Shown here: one piece after another, positions 8,652-16,937 of the stretch | Position numbering within the stretch: position 1 is the first letter of the stretch | Layout: the number at the start of each line of letters is the position of its first letter | Assembly (NCBI GenBank): GCA_049296095.1 | Contig: JBAQRV010000001.1 | Span: 390,001-422,000 of the forward strand | Source: Candidatus Saccharimonadota bacterium | Lineage (GTDB): Bacteria > Patescibacteriota > Saccharimonadia > Saccharimonadales > Saccharimonadaceae | DNA: 32,000 nucleotides | Direction: 5' to 3' | Program-made: the position numbers and the translations under genes | The notes under the pieces: generated by a model | Databases searched by the model: none | What the model was told of the DNA's origin: nothing | What the model saw: only the letters and a program-made list of their open reading frames with translations

Positions 8652-9087
8652 ACTAAACAAGGACTTTCCCGAGATCACCTTCGCCTGGTCGGAACGTTTC
8701 GCTTGGTCCCCTGATGAACAAACCGTCTCCTACAACGAACTCGACGACGAAGGCATTGAGCTACTCCTGCACGAACTTTCTCATGGGCTCCTCGGCCACC
8801 ATGACTACCAACGAGACATCGAATTACTAGCCATGGAAACAGCTGCCTGGGAAAAAGCAGCCGAGCTCGCCAAAAACTATGAACAAAAGATTGACTCAGA
8901 CATCTCCGAGAAACATCTCGACACCTACCGCGACTGGATGCACGCCCGCAGCACCTGTCCTACCTGTGAAGCGACGGGGTACCAAACAAAAAAAGACACC
9001 TATAGTTGTGTGGCCTGTGGCGGATCTTGGCGAGTGAATGAGGCGCGATTGTGCGGGTTGAAGCGCTATTCTACTAAAGCGGCGTGA
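8608..9087 (+). CDS. Hypothetical HExxH protein with a C-terminal CxxC...CxxC zinc ribbon
   Basis: HELSHGLLGH is a zincin-type HExxH motif. CPTCEATGYQTKKDTYSCVACGG is the zinc ribbon. The start is uncertain (ATG 8608, 8623 or 8632). Confidence 0.6.
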   Translation: MDATTMPSMHSLLSKLNKDFPEITFAWSERFAWSPDEQTVSYNELDDEGIELLLHELSHGLLGHHDYQRDIELLAMETAAWEKAAELAKNYEQKIDSDISEKHLDTYRDWMHARSTCPTCEATGYQTKKDTYSCVACGGSWRVNEARLCGLKRYSTKAA

Positions 9088-9713
9088 ATAAGCTCGGCAA
9101 CCTTAGCGTGCTCATCAGCGTTGATGTGAATACCATCAACACCAGGTGTGATTCCATTTAGCGAAATGAAGTCTATTCCTAATTTTGCTGCAAGTCGCTC
9201 ATAAACACTAACAAGATTCTTTGATTTCTCAGTCGCCCCAAGATACTTATCACCCGTACGACAGTACTCTGTCTCTTCATTAATCACCGGAGGAGAAAGT
9301 AATAGAACTTCAGGAGTCGTTCCGCGAAATTGCGAAGGCCGCGTCTGAATAATTGTAAGGAGTTTCTCCATGCTTTCGCCAACCTGCTCAGCAGACATGT
9401 TCATTTCATACTTCAGTTCATTTGTTCCAAGTAGCACGATCACTCGATCAAGAGGATCTTGGCTGTCTAATGCCGCCTCGATGTAATCAAGTGCTCGGCG
9501 TCCTTCTTTGCCTGGACGTGGATCACCATTCTCAATGCCCCGAGAGTTGAGATTTTCTTCAATAACCTCGTACTCGTCACCCAACAACATCTGGAGACGG
9601 CCCGGCCAACGGGTTTGTACGTCAAATCGTTGATGTTTTGAGCCTGGTTGATATCCCCAAGAGAGGGAATCTCCAAAAACCATGATTCGTTTTGCTGAGA
9701 TACTTGTGTTCAT
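9066..9713 (-). CDS. SGNH/GDSL-family hydrolase or acyltransferase
   Basis: Block I is MVFGDSLSWGY, with GTNE-type and DGIH-type blocks downstream. The start is set at ATG 9713, because the track ORF start at 9764 would overlap the upstream gene. Confidence 0.85.
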   Translation of the reverse strand: MNTSISAKRIMVFGDSLSWGYQPGSKHQRFDVQTRWPGRLQMLLGDEYEVIEENLNSRGIENGDPRPGKEGRRALDYIEAALDSQDPLDRVIVLLGTNELKYEMNMSAEQVGESMEKLLTIIQTRPSQFRGTTPEVLLLSPPVINEETEYCRTGDKYLGATEKSKNLVSVYERLAAKLGIDFISLNGITPGVDGIHINADEHAKVAELIHAALVE

Positions 9714-9720
9714 AGGGTGA

Positions 9721-10371
9721 TTATAACAGAGGTAATTTGTTTTTGTGTAGCCGAATAGCATCAAGCTCTTTCGCCTGATCAGACCAAGCTAGTTCAAACT
9801 CATCAATAGACACCTGTCGATTTGGGATAGGTGGCAATCCGGGGTCGTGAAACGTAACGTAACTATCAGTGCAACTCGTAATAACGATCGCGTGCCCCAC
9901 ATAGCCCTCTCTCCCGTCAAGCCTTTCGCAATTAACAGTAACTCGAACAAGATACCCTTCATCTAGAAAACGCTTCACATCTGTCAAGGATGGCTCTCGC
10001 TGCTCAACTATGTTCGCTTCAAGAAGCTTCTTCATTCTCTCAATTTCAGCGGGTACATTTGTGTGTTCATAACCCCACGTACCTGCCTCTTCGCCACTCA
10101 GCTCAATCATATATTCTTTTGGGTGCTTCATGAATTCATTAAAATCGAAGAGTTCGTAGTGCTTGACATCATACCCGTTCTCTCTAAACCACACGAGACC
10201 GGCATTTGCCCATGTGCCCTTGCCTTCTTCGTATCCTGTTAATCTTGACCATTCTTCCATGTTAATAGAGAAGTTAGGATCAAAATACATCGCAATGCTC
10301 ATATAAGCCGCCTGAAGACAGTGGGTATCGTCGGGCGTGTTACTTACGAACGGGACATTACGAAGCTTCAT
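9721..10371 (-). CDS. Predicted papain-fold (C39-like) cysteine peptidase, 216 aa
   Basis: The N-terminal DDTHCLQAAYMSI is a candidate catalytic Cys in a Cys-x-x-A-x-x-M context. GHAIVI and FHDPG are candidate His/Asp residues. This assignment is by motif only. Confidence 0.5.
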   Translation of the reverse strand: MKLRNVPFVSNTPDDTHCLQAAYMSIAMYFDPNFSINMEEWSRLTGYEEGKGTWANAGLVWFRENGYDVKHYELFDFNEFMKHPKEYMIELSGEEAGTWGYEHTNVPAEIERMKKLLEANIVEQREPSLTDVKRFLDEGYLVRVTVNCERLDGREGYVGHAIVITSCTDSYVTFHDPGLPPIPNRQVSIDEFELAWSDQAKELDAIRLHKNKLPLL

Positions 10372-10373
10372 TA

Positions 10374-10547
10374 TTATATTTCACCACCTCTCCGCATAAG
10401 ATCTATTTTTGATTCGACGACAAGTTTTACGTATTCGTTTAATACCAGCGCAATACGAACGGCTTTACGCGGTGATTCTTTGCGTAAGATATCTAACAAT
10501 TCGGTCAATGAAGGTAGCTGAGTACCATCCGTTCGCAGCGTATGCAT
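10374..10547 (-). CDS. Small hypothetical protein (57 aa), not in the ORF track because it is below the cutoff
   Basis: Hand translation gives MHTLRTDGTQLPSLTELLDILRKESPRKAVRIALVLNEYVKLVVESKIDLMRRGGEI. It exactly fills the gap between two operon genes. Its 3' end carries the SD (GGAGAGGTGGTGA) for the next gene. Confidence 0.4.
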   Translation of the reverse strand: MHTLRTDGTQLPSLTELLDILRKESPRKAVRIALVLNEYVKLVVESKIDLMRRGGEI

Positions 10548-10570
10548 AGTACCTATAATACCAGCTGGGC

Positions 10571-11146
10571 TTAAATTGTCTCCTTTATGGCCGCAATATA
10601 CGTATTACTCGAAACATCATGTTTCGCGCCCTTGATAATAACTTTCTTCATCTTGGGTAAAGCTTTTGTTGCCCGATCTCGGTAACTAATATCCGACCAG
10701 GTCTTTAGCTCCATATCACCATAGAACAATATCGTATCAACAGAAATCTTTTTCACGAGCTTTGTGAAACTCAATTTCTTAAACGTATCAACCCGACGAT
10801 GCCCGACCTGTCTCAGCCATGATTGTTTAAATCCCTCACTTTTCAAATCTTCGCTAAAAAACGGTGATAGAGAGAACAGCCATAAAGCCGAGGGATTCTT
10901 CTTGATCGCCGAGAGAAACACCGTCATCGCCCCATAAGAAAAGCCCGCAAGGATCGTCTCCTTTGGATCATATTTCTCATATAACCTATCAAACTCCTCT
11001 ACCCAGTGATCAATCGTTGTGCGAACCCAATTAATGGGGACAAACTTGACCTTGTACCCCTTCTTTTCGATAGCACGAATAGTTGCGCGGTAATCACGCG
11101 AGTCGATATCTTCTTGATAGCCAGGGACGAATAGAACGGTTTTCAT
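10571..11146 (-). CDS. Alpha/beta-fold serine hydrolase, 191 aa
   Basis: The nucleophile elbow is GFSYG (GxSxG). Candidate Asp (YGDME) and His (AKHDV) residues complete a triad. There is no signal peptide. Confidence 0.75.
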   Translation of the reverse strand: MKTVLFVPGYQEDIDSRDYRATIRAIEKKGYKVKFVPINWVRTTIDHWVEEFDRLYEKYDPKETILAGFSYGAMTVFLSAIKKNPSALWLFSLSPFFSEDLKSEGFKQSWLRQVGHRRVDTFKKLSFTKLVKKISVDTILFYGDMELKTWSDISYRDRATKALPKMKKVIIKGAKHDVSSNTYIAAIKETI

Positions 11147-11162
11147 ATCCTCATCATAACAA

Positions 11163-11186
11163 ATATCCCCGAATTAACGGGGATAT
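11163..11186 (-). terminator. Hairpin terminator candidate after the KGG gene
   Basis: On the - strand, ATATCCCCG-TTAATT-CGGGGATAT is followed by TTGTTAT. The U-tract is weak. Confidence 0.45.
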
Positions 11187-11206
11187 CTTGTTACTGATTA
11201 AACAGA

Positions 11207-11404
11207 TTAAACAGTTGTCTTCTTGGTACGACGAGAGATTCGTCCACCCTTGGCACCTGCAACACGTGCAAGTTCAGGGTTGGCTGCAAATCCACCGGTG
11301 TGACCGTTCTTGCCACCCTTGCTACCGATCTTCGCGTAGAAGTCTGGGTCGCGCTGTAGGTTCTTTGCTGCAGCCTTTTGGCCGCCTGCTTTTGTTCCTG
11401 CCAT
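11207..11404 (-). CDS. KGG-repeat general stress protein (65 aa)
   Basis: KGG-type motifs repeat (GSKGGKNGH, GAKGGRIS), and the SD AAGAGGAG precedes the ATG. The two larger overlapping track ORFs are in other frames or on the other strand and lack any motif. Confidence 0.8.
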   Translation of the reverse strand: MAGTKAGGQKAAAKNLQRDPDFYAKIGSKGGKNGHTGGFAANPELARVAGAKGGRISRRTKKTTV

Positions 11405-11524
11405 ATGAGTTCTCCTCTTAGTATCGCTCTAGGAGCGATATCCACTTAATTAAAAAGATTTCCACTAGCATTACGCCGTAGAAACCCTCGTTTATACCTC
11501 ACACATGGTATGTGTATACGACAC

Positions 11525-11553
11525 ATATTACCATAGCTTATGCTTTATGTCAA
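11525..11553 (-). promoter_or_regulatory. Promoter TTGACA-N17-TAATAT for the KGG stress gene, with a ~115-nt leader
   Basis: The -35 is at 11553..11548 and the -10 at 11530..11525. The leader contains the hairpin TATCGCTC-CTA-GAGCGATA just upstream of the SD. Confidence 0.6.
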
Positions 11554-11589
11554 TATATACATAAGGGCTTTTTTATTGTCTTTGTACGG

Positions 11590-11618
11590 TTGCACATATC
11601 CGTGCTATGCGATATCAT
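11590..11618 (+). promoter_or_regulatory. Candidate promoter TTGCAC-N17-TATCAT
   Basis: The -35 is at 11590..11595 and the -10 at 11613..11618. It lies upstream of two hairpins and of the 11720 gene. Confidence 0.45.
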
Positions 11619-11658
11619 TATTAAGCACCTGTTTGAATCCCAAATTTAGATTCAACCA

Positions 11659-11687
11659 ACGACCGTCTCTGCGAGAGCGGTCGTTTT
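11659..11687 (+). terminator. Terminator/attenuator-like hairpin in the leader of the secreted metalloprotease gene
   Basis: ACGACCGTCTC-TGC-GAGA(G)CGGTCGT is followed by TTTTAATT. It is preceded by a second hairpin, TTGAATC-N9-GATTCAA (11633..11655). Confidence 0.45.
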
Positions 11688-11719
11688 AATTATCAAGATT
11701 CTGCTACACTAGAGGGCAG

Positions 11720-12403
11720 ATGAAGTGGTTTCAGAGGGTTACGGCAGTTACCGGGGCTATCCTCCTATTAACAGGGGTTATCTCAGCTATTTCATTGCCC
11801 CCGGCCACTGCTGAAGCTAACATTCGGGACCAGATTGTGAAAAATCTGACCGACCACGACCACCCTTTAGACGAATTCTCGGCACCCGCCCCTACTATCG
11901 ACAAGCCGAGCTGGTATTTTAACGTCACCTTCACCTATACAGTATCGAAGAACGGCACCATCAACTCTGATCTGGACGAATTTGCCACCCTTGCCAATGC
12001 GACACTTAATGACAGTCGCGGTTGGTCACAACTAAACGTCCGCTTCCAACAGGTTCAAAGCGGGGGCATGTTCAATCTTATCCTTAGTCAAGCCTCGCTT
12101 CTCCCGACCTATTCGTCAGGCTGTAGCGCCGATTGGAGTTGTCGAGCAGGCAATAATGTCATTATTAACGATGATCGCTGGGCGGGTGCTACCAGTGCTT
12201 GGAATAATGGCGGCGGCTCGCTCCGAGACTATCGGCACATGGTCGTAAATCACGAAGTTGGCCACTGGTTAGGTCATGATCATGAGTACTGTGGTGGCGC
12301 TGGCCAACTCGCTCCACTGATGCAGCAACAATCGATCGACCTCCAGGGCTGTAAGTTCAACCCATGGCCACTGGCCAGCGAATTATGGAGTTCACGACTA
12401 TGA
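11720..12403 (+). CDS. Secreted zinc metalloprotease-like protein (DUF3152-like, HExxHxxGxxH)
   Basis: The signal peptide is MKWFQRVTAVTGAILLLTGVISAISLPPATAEA. The metzincin-like motif is NHEVGHWLGHDHE. Confidence 0.75.
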   Translation: MKWFQRVTAVTGAILLLTGVISAISLPPATAEANIRDQIVKNLTDHDHPLDEFSAPAPTIDKPSWYFNVTFTYTVSKNGTINSDLDEFATLANATLNDSRGWSQLNVRFQQVQSGGMFNLILSQASLLPTYSSGCSADWSCRAGNNVIINDDRWAGATSAWNNGGGSLRDYRHMVVNHEVGHWLGHDHEYCGGAGQLAPLMQQQSIDLQGCKFNPWPLASELWSSRL

Positions 12404-13161
12404 TAAAAATCAAAGCACCTCGAATCCGCATTCCCCGTCCACGAAAACGGGTCGTTATCATCACCATAGCCGCCTTATTAGTCGTCACTCTGGGCGTCTA
12501 CGGCTTTATCAGTTACACGACATGGCGCGACCTGGATCAGGAATCAAAACAGGTCGCCAGTAGCCTTAAAACAGCCGCAAATGAGGCCCTAGGGGCAGAA
12601 AAAGACACTATTTCCCCTCTCGCCGAGATGAAAACACTGGTTTCGGACTTCGATACACACTATAGCGATGCTCCCTGCCAGGTCTCACCGCTCATCAACT
12701 GGCAAATGATTATCCCGCAAATAAAAACCATTACCAACGAATGCGACCAGCGCTTCCTTAACTCACTCGAGTTTATTGCTTCACTCAAGCTCCTTATCGC
12801 CTTTATCGAGGATGAGCAAACGACCAGCACGCTCCTTAGTAACGCAGTTGAAGCGACTAAAGAACCAACCGACTATACCGCCGCGAGCGCCACCTGGAAA
12901 AGTGTGGCCGATTCGGCCGATTTAAGCGATACCGGTGCTTTTCAATCTGTTGCCGACAAGACCAAAGAGGTCGCATCAGGTATCAGCACGGCCTATGCTT
13001 CCCTCGCCACCGCTGTCAAAGATGAAGACAAAACGGCCTTCGATGATGCCCTTAGAAATCTTGATACTGCCTACAGTTCAACTGCCGAGATAGGGACACT
13101 CGCCGCCGGCAAACGACAAGCACTCGTGACAAACATTGCCGCTGCCTACGACGCACTCTAA
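12400..13161 (+). CDS. Membrane-anchored hypothetical protein (253 aa)
   Basis: There is an ATGA start/stop overlap with the upstream gene, and SD GGAG lies 9 nt upstream of ATG 12400. The N-terminus is basic and is followed by a TM segment (VVIITIAALLVVTLGVYGFI). The remainder is helical and Ala/Thr-rich. Confidence 0.65.
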   Translation: MIKIKAPRIRIPRPRKRVVIITIAALLVVTLGVYGFISYTTWRDLDQESKQVASSLKTAANEALGAEKDTISPLAEMKTLVSDFDTHYSDAPCQVSPLINWQMIIPQIKTITNECDQRFLNSLEFIASLKLLIAFIEDEQTTSTLLSNAVEATKEPTDYTAASATWKSVADSADLSDTGAFQSVADKTKEVASGISTAYASLATAVKDEDKTAFDDALRNLDTAYSSTAEIGTLAAGKRQALVTNIAAAYDAL

Positions 13162-15071
13162 GATCGGGCCATCGCCCAGAGCGCTGCCTTGTTTCGACCA
13201 AACTCCGAACTATGGGTCGCAAGTTCGATCAAAACACTCTGGCGGCCTAGTTTTTCACATATCCAATCATCATATGTCCCGGTAATCTCATAAGAAAATG
13301 CCCCGCCTACCCCTGTCATATTGGCATAGCCAGACAGAGACGAGTACGTTGCCGCGAGGCCAGCCGAACCACCGCAGCCATTGGCAATCGCGTAGCCTGC
13401 CGTGCTGTGATAGGACAGTGTTAGATGTGGGGCGAGGCTTGAAGTGAAGGCCGCCAAGGCCTGCGTCTCGGGCTCGGACATTGGCGCGCTACCACCGCCA
13501 CCTGGCCACGGCTGATTACCCGGCGTCACAATATCCTGTTTCCAGTCACTGACATTAAAGTTACGGTTCAGATCAACATTGTTGGCATTGGCACGAGTGT
13601 TGGTGGCTACCCCGTCGGGGTTGATCGAGGGAACAACCACGATTTGCACCCCAGCTGGAATGCTGCGGGCATTGACCTCGAGTTCATTGATCCAGGCGTT
13701 CATCAGCGAGCGTGTCACCTGTTCGTTACCATGGATCGCCCCTGTATATAAAATTGTCTTGCTACCAGAGCCAAATACCCAAGCATTCAGCGCCCTGCCT
13801 TTAGCAGAATAACCGAAAGTTTGGGTGTAATAGCAGATAGTCCTGCCACTAAAGTTCCAATCTTCCTCTTGAATAATACCGTGCTGACTCTCCAGTCCCT
13901 TCTTTACGGAGATTTTAAAGTCACCACAGCGAGGTGCGTTGGCGTAGTTAATCACAATACTGCTACCATTCTTAAATATATGCGCACCGATACCTGTAAT
14001 TGTCACTAACTTGGCAATCTGATCGATATTAGCGATTTCTTGATCAAATGTCAGGACAATTGAGCCACTTTGCGGCGCACTGATTGACCCGACATTTATA
14101 CCCGTCACCTTCGGACCACCTGACATAGTAAAGTTCACGACGTGTGGATCAGGAATAGCACTGCCGTCTTTGGCTTCGACCTTTTTCAGCGTTAACTGGA
14201 ACTGGGCGTTCCGTTTCAAAGCTTCCTTTGGCGTCACGATTGCCTTTTTATCATCTGTTGAAGTGGTGATCGCGACTGGTTCATACGCCTCACCATTCTT
14301 CACCTTCAGTTCAGCCTCGACCAGATCGAGAGGCTTGTCATATTCAAAACTGAGCTCGGTCGGCTTGTCATAAATTGTCTGGCCTTCGCTGGCCGAAGCC
14401 GCACCGAGCACTAAAGCACGCAGTGTCGTAAAAGTACCACTTCCCAGTTCTGTAATTTTAGTATCGTTGAAATAGCGTGCCAGCGTGCCTTCGTATTTCT
14501 CACCTTGCGCCAGTTCAAGTTCCTCTATATCACACAGAATCGTATGGTCTTTCGGGGCACAGGCCGCCGTCTTGTCTGCGACTGTGAATTTGTAGTCAAA
14601 AACAGTATCGGTACCACTGAGGGCAATCGTAATCGGTCGAGTCGTCGGAAGGGTTTTGCCGACAAAATCGCCCAGCGTTGCGGCACGCATTGGCTCAACC
14701 TTCAATGCGTAACGTTTCATAAACAGAGGCCCGAATGGCGATACATTGACCATATTTGTGCCTTCGGTCGGTGGTTTGAGCGCCGTGAAACATGCTTTTA
14801 GAGACAGGATTGGTTGCCCCATAAGCAAAACTGTATCTGTAAATTCCACTTGAAAGTTTGAATCGGTCACCTGTTTCATGGTTTGCGGGAACAATGTGAG
14901 CTGCCGAGTACAATCGGCACCGCTATAACTAAAAGCGACCTGCTTTGGCAGGCCGAAGATAATTCCATAACTGATAAGAAGAAACAACGAAACTCCGCCA
15001 ATGACTTTCGTGCGCGTCGAGAGCTTCCCAACGATACGGAGCATTTTAGAGAGTGTTTGTCTTATAGTCAC
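13158..15071 (-). CDS. Membrane-anchored M14-family zinc carboxypeptidase (637 aa) with an N-terminal Ig-like/beta-rich region
   Basis: The C-terminal domain has HGNE (HxxE zinc site), NRNF, SYHS and LIELA motifs. The N-terminal TM is VIGGVSLFLLISYGIIFG. The start at 15071 is GTG and is uncertain. Confidence 0.8.
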   Translation of the reverse strand: MTIRQTLSKMLRIVGKLSTRTKVIGGVSLFLLISYGIIFGLPKQVAFSYSGADCTRQLTLFPQTMKQVTDSNFQVEFTDTVLLMGQPILSLKACFTALKPPTEGTNMVNVSPFGPLFMKRYALKVEPMRAATLGDFVGKTLPTTRPITIALSGTDTVFDYKFTVADKTAACAPKDHTILCDIEELELAQGEKYEGTLARYFNDTKITELGSGTFTTLRALVLGAASASEGQTIYDKPTELSFEYDKPLDLVEAELKVKNGEAYEPVAITTSTDDKKAIVTPKEALKRNAQFQLTLKKVEAKDGSAIPDPHVVNFTMSGGPKVTGINVGSISAPQSGSIVLTFDQEIANIDQIAKLVTITGIGAHIFKNGSSIVINYANAPRCGDFKISVKKGLESQHGIIQEEDWNFSGRTICYYTQTFGYSAKGRALNAWVFGSGSKTILYTGAIHGNEQVTRSLMNAWINELEVNARSIPAGVQIVVVPSINPDGVATNTRANANNVDLNRNFNVSDWKQDIVTPGNQPWPGGGGSAPMSEPETQALAAFTSSLAPHLTLSYHSTAGYAIANGCGGSAGLAATYSSLSGYANMTGVGGAFSYEITGTYDDWICEKLGRQSVLIELATHSSEFGRNKAALWAMARS

Positions 15072-15135
15072 CCCTCTATTTTAACATGAGCGGGATGAGT
15101 GTGCGGGTTTACTCCCTATTTTAAGAAAGACAAAA

Positions 15136-15154
15136 CCCCTGGTATTACCAGGGG
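15136..15154 (-). terminator. Rho-independent terminator downstream of 5S rRNA
   Basis: On the - strand, CCCCTGG-TAATA-CCAGGGG is followed by TTTTGTCTTTCTT. Confidence 0.75.
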
Positions 15155-15165
15155 TTATTGTATAA

Positions 15166-15274
15166 TTCGGCACCGTGCTAGTTTCCCACTTGTGGCAGTA
15201 TAATCGCCGCTGCTGAGCTTGACTTCTGTGTTCGGAATGGGAACAGGTATTTCCTCAGCGCCATGGGCACCGAA
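15166..15274 (-). rRNA. rrf: 5S rRNA
   Basis: The reverse complement reads UUCGGUGCCCAUGGCG...CCCAUUCCGAACACAGAAGUCAAGC...GGGAAACUAGCACGGUGCCGAA. The termini pair to form helix I. Confidence 0.9.
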
Positions 15275-15807
15275 GTAAGGTTTTTGGTCACTTTGCGCTG
15301 ATATAAAGAGATCAGTGGGACAAAAACCTTGCTTCGATGTCCTTAACAAACATTATGCACGGTAAACTTGAATGTAAGCTTAAAATTTTTACTTTGATTG
15401 ACGTTTTTATCGATGATAATCATGAATGATTACCACCTCATATAATGTATTGGTTAGCACCAAATACTCGTTAAGTCTACCTTATCACCTCAGTTAATCC
15501 GAAGATTACCAGTCAGTGAAAAGGACATAAAAAGGCGATGGGACTATTAGTATGCTTTAGCTACACGCATTGCTGCGCTTCTACCTTGCACCTATCAAAC
15601 AGATATTCTTTCTGTGTCCTCGTAGGGAAATCTAATCTTGAAGTTAGTTTCGCGCTTAATATGCTTTCAGCGCTTATCTATTCCGAATTTAGCTACTCGA
15701 CAATGCAGCAGGTGGCCACAATCGATACACCAGAGATTCGTCCACCCCGGTCCTCTCGTACTAAGGGCAGATCTCCTCAAATTTCCTATCGTCCGTACCG
15801 GATATAA

Positions 15808-15878
<71 letters not shown>

Positions 15879-15892
15879 AAGGTGCTCCCCCT

Positions 15893-15927
<35 letters not shown>

Positions 15928-16713
15928 AGCGCCGTCTATGTGAACTATTGGGCGCTATAAGCCTGTTATCCCCAGGGTAACTTTTATCCGTGTTCGCTGT
16001 CATTCCCACATATACGTACAATAAATTGTACTTACAGCGGTTCACTTGCTCCGACTTTCGTCTCTGCTTGGGATGTACCCCTCACAGTCAAGCTGGCTTT
16101 TGCGCATACACTATCACAACGATTTCCATCCGTTGCTAGCCAACCTTTGAACGCCTCCGCTACTCTTTAGGAGGCAACCGCCCCAGTTAAACTACCCATC
16201 ATACACGGTCCCGACACCAGATAATGGTGTCGGTTAGATCAAAGTCACAATAAGGGTGGTATTTCACATTTCGCCTCCACAAATACTAGCGTATCTGCTT
16301 CAAAGGCTCCCACCTATGCTACACATATTGCGACCCGGAACAATGTAAAACTGTAGTAAAGCTCCATGGGGTCTTCTCGTCCTGGTACGGACAGACGGCA
16401 TCTTTACCGCCAATGCACTTTCACCGAGTCCTTCGCTGAGACAGTGCCCACATGATTACTCCATTCGTGCGGGTCAGAACTTACCTGACAAGGAATTTCG
16501 CTACCTTAGGACGGTTATAGTTACCGCCGCCGTTCACTGGGGCTTCAGTTCAGACCGTGAAGCCTTCGCCTTAACCTTCCAGCACTGGGCAGGAGTCAGC
16601 CCCTATACATCCACTTTCGTGTTAGCAGAGACCTGTGTTTTTGATAAACAGTTCCGTGGGCTCTTTTGCTGCGGCCCCCTCATCGTTAAATACGAAGGAT
16701 GGGAATTCGCGTA

Positions 16714-16937
16714 CAAAAGAACATTATTTTTTGCATACTTGCGCATGCGAATCATTTTGCTCTATCTCAGTAAAAAATTTTGGTCATTAAAAAAGGATTT
16801 TTCGCCCATATTGTTTCAAGAGATAAATCTCATGAAACGAGCGTACTCACTAATGCGCTGCTCTTCTCAATTGTTGCCAATTGAGTGGACAACGCACGTT
16901 TTTTTAACCACCTATCACTAATGATCTACTGATCAAT
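16714..16937 (-). other. AT-rich ~225-nt non-coding insertion in the 23S variable helix (E. coli ~1700-1770, helix 63 region)
   Basis: It lies between the conserved blocks CCGTAACTTCGGGATAAGG and ACTGTTTATCAAAAACAC. The flanks 16673..16713 and 16938..16977 are mutually complementary. Two internal GCAA-tetraloop hairpins are present (16866..16885 and 16733..16748). Confidence 0.75.

Noticed and set aside
11083-11445. A 112-aa + strand ORF and an 84-aa - strand ORF overlapping the KGG gene.
   Set aside because: The 65-aa frame has recognisable KGG repeats, an SD and a promoter. The others are out-of-frame or antisense and have low-complexity composition.
15068-15079. An identical 12-nt motif, ATAGAGGGGTGA, at the predicted GTG starts of the M14 peptidase (15068..15079) and the T4 ATPase (31697..31708).
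   Set aside because: A 12-mer recurring once in 64 kb of two-strand sequence is expected by chance. It most likely just reflects an SD-like AGAGGGG next to a GTG. It does make both start-codon assignments uncertain.
16619-16921. A 100-aa + strand ORF overlapping the 23S insertion, considered as a possible intron-encoded homing endonuclease.
   Set aside because: It is antisense to the rRNA, begins inside conserved 23S sequence, and has no LAGLIDADG, GIY-YIG or HNH motif. The longest sense-strand ORF is only ~47 codons. The insertion is treated as non-coding.
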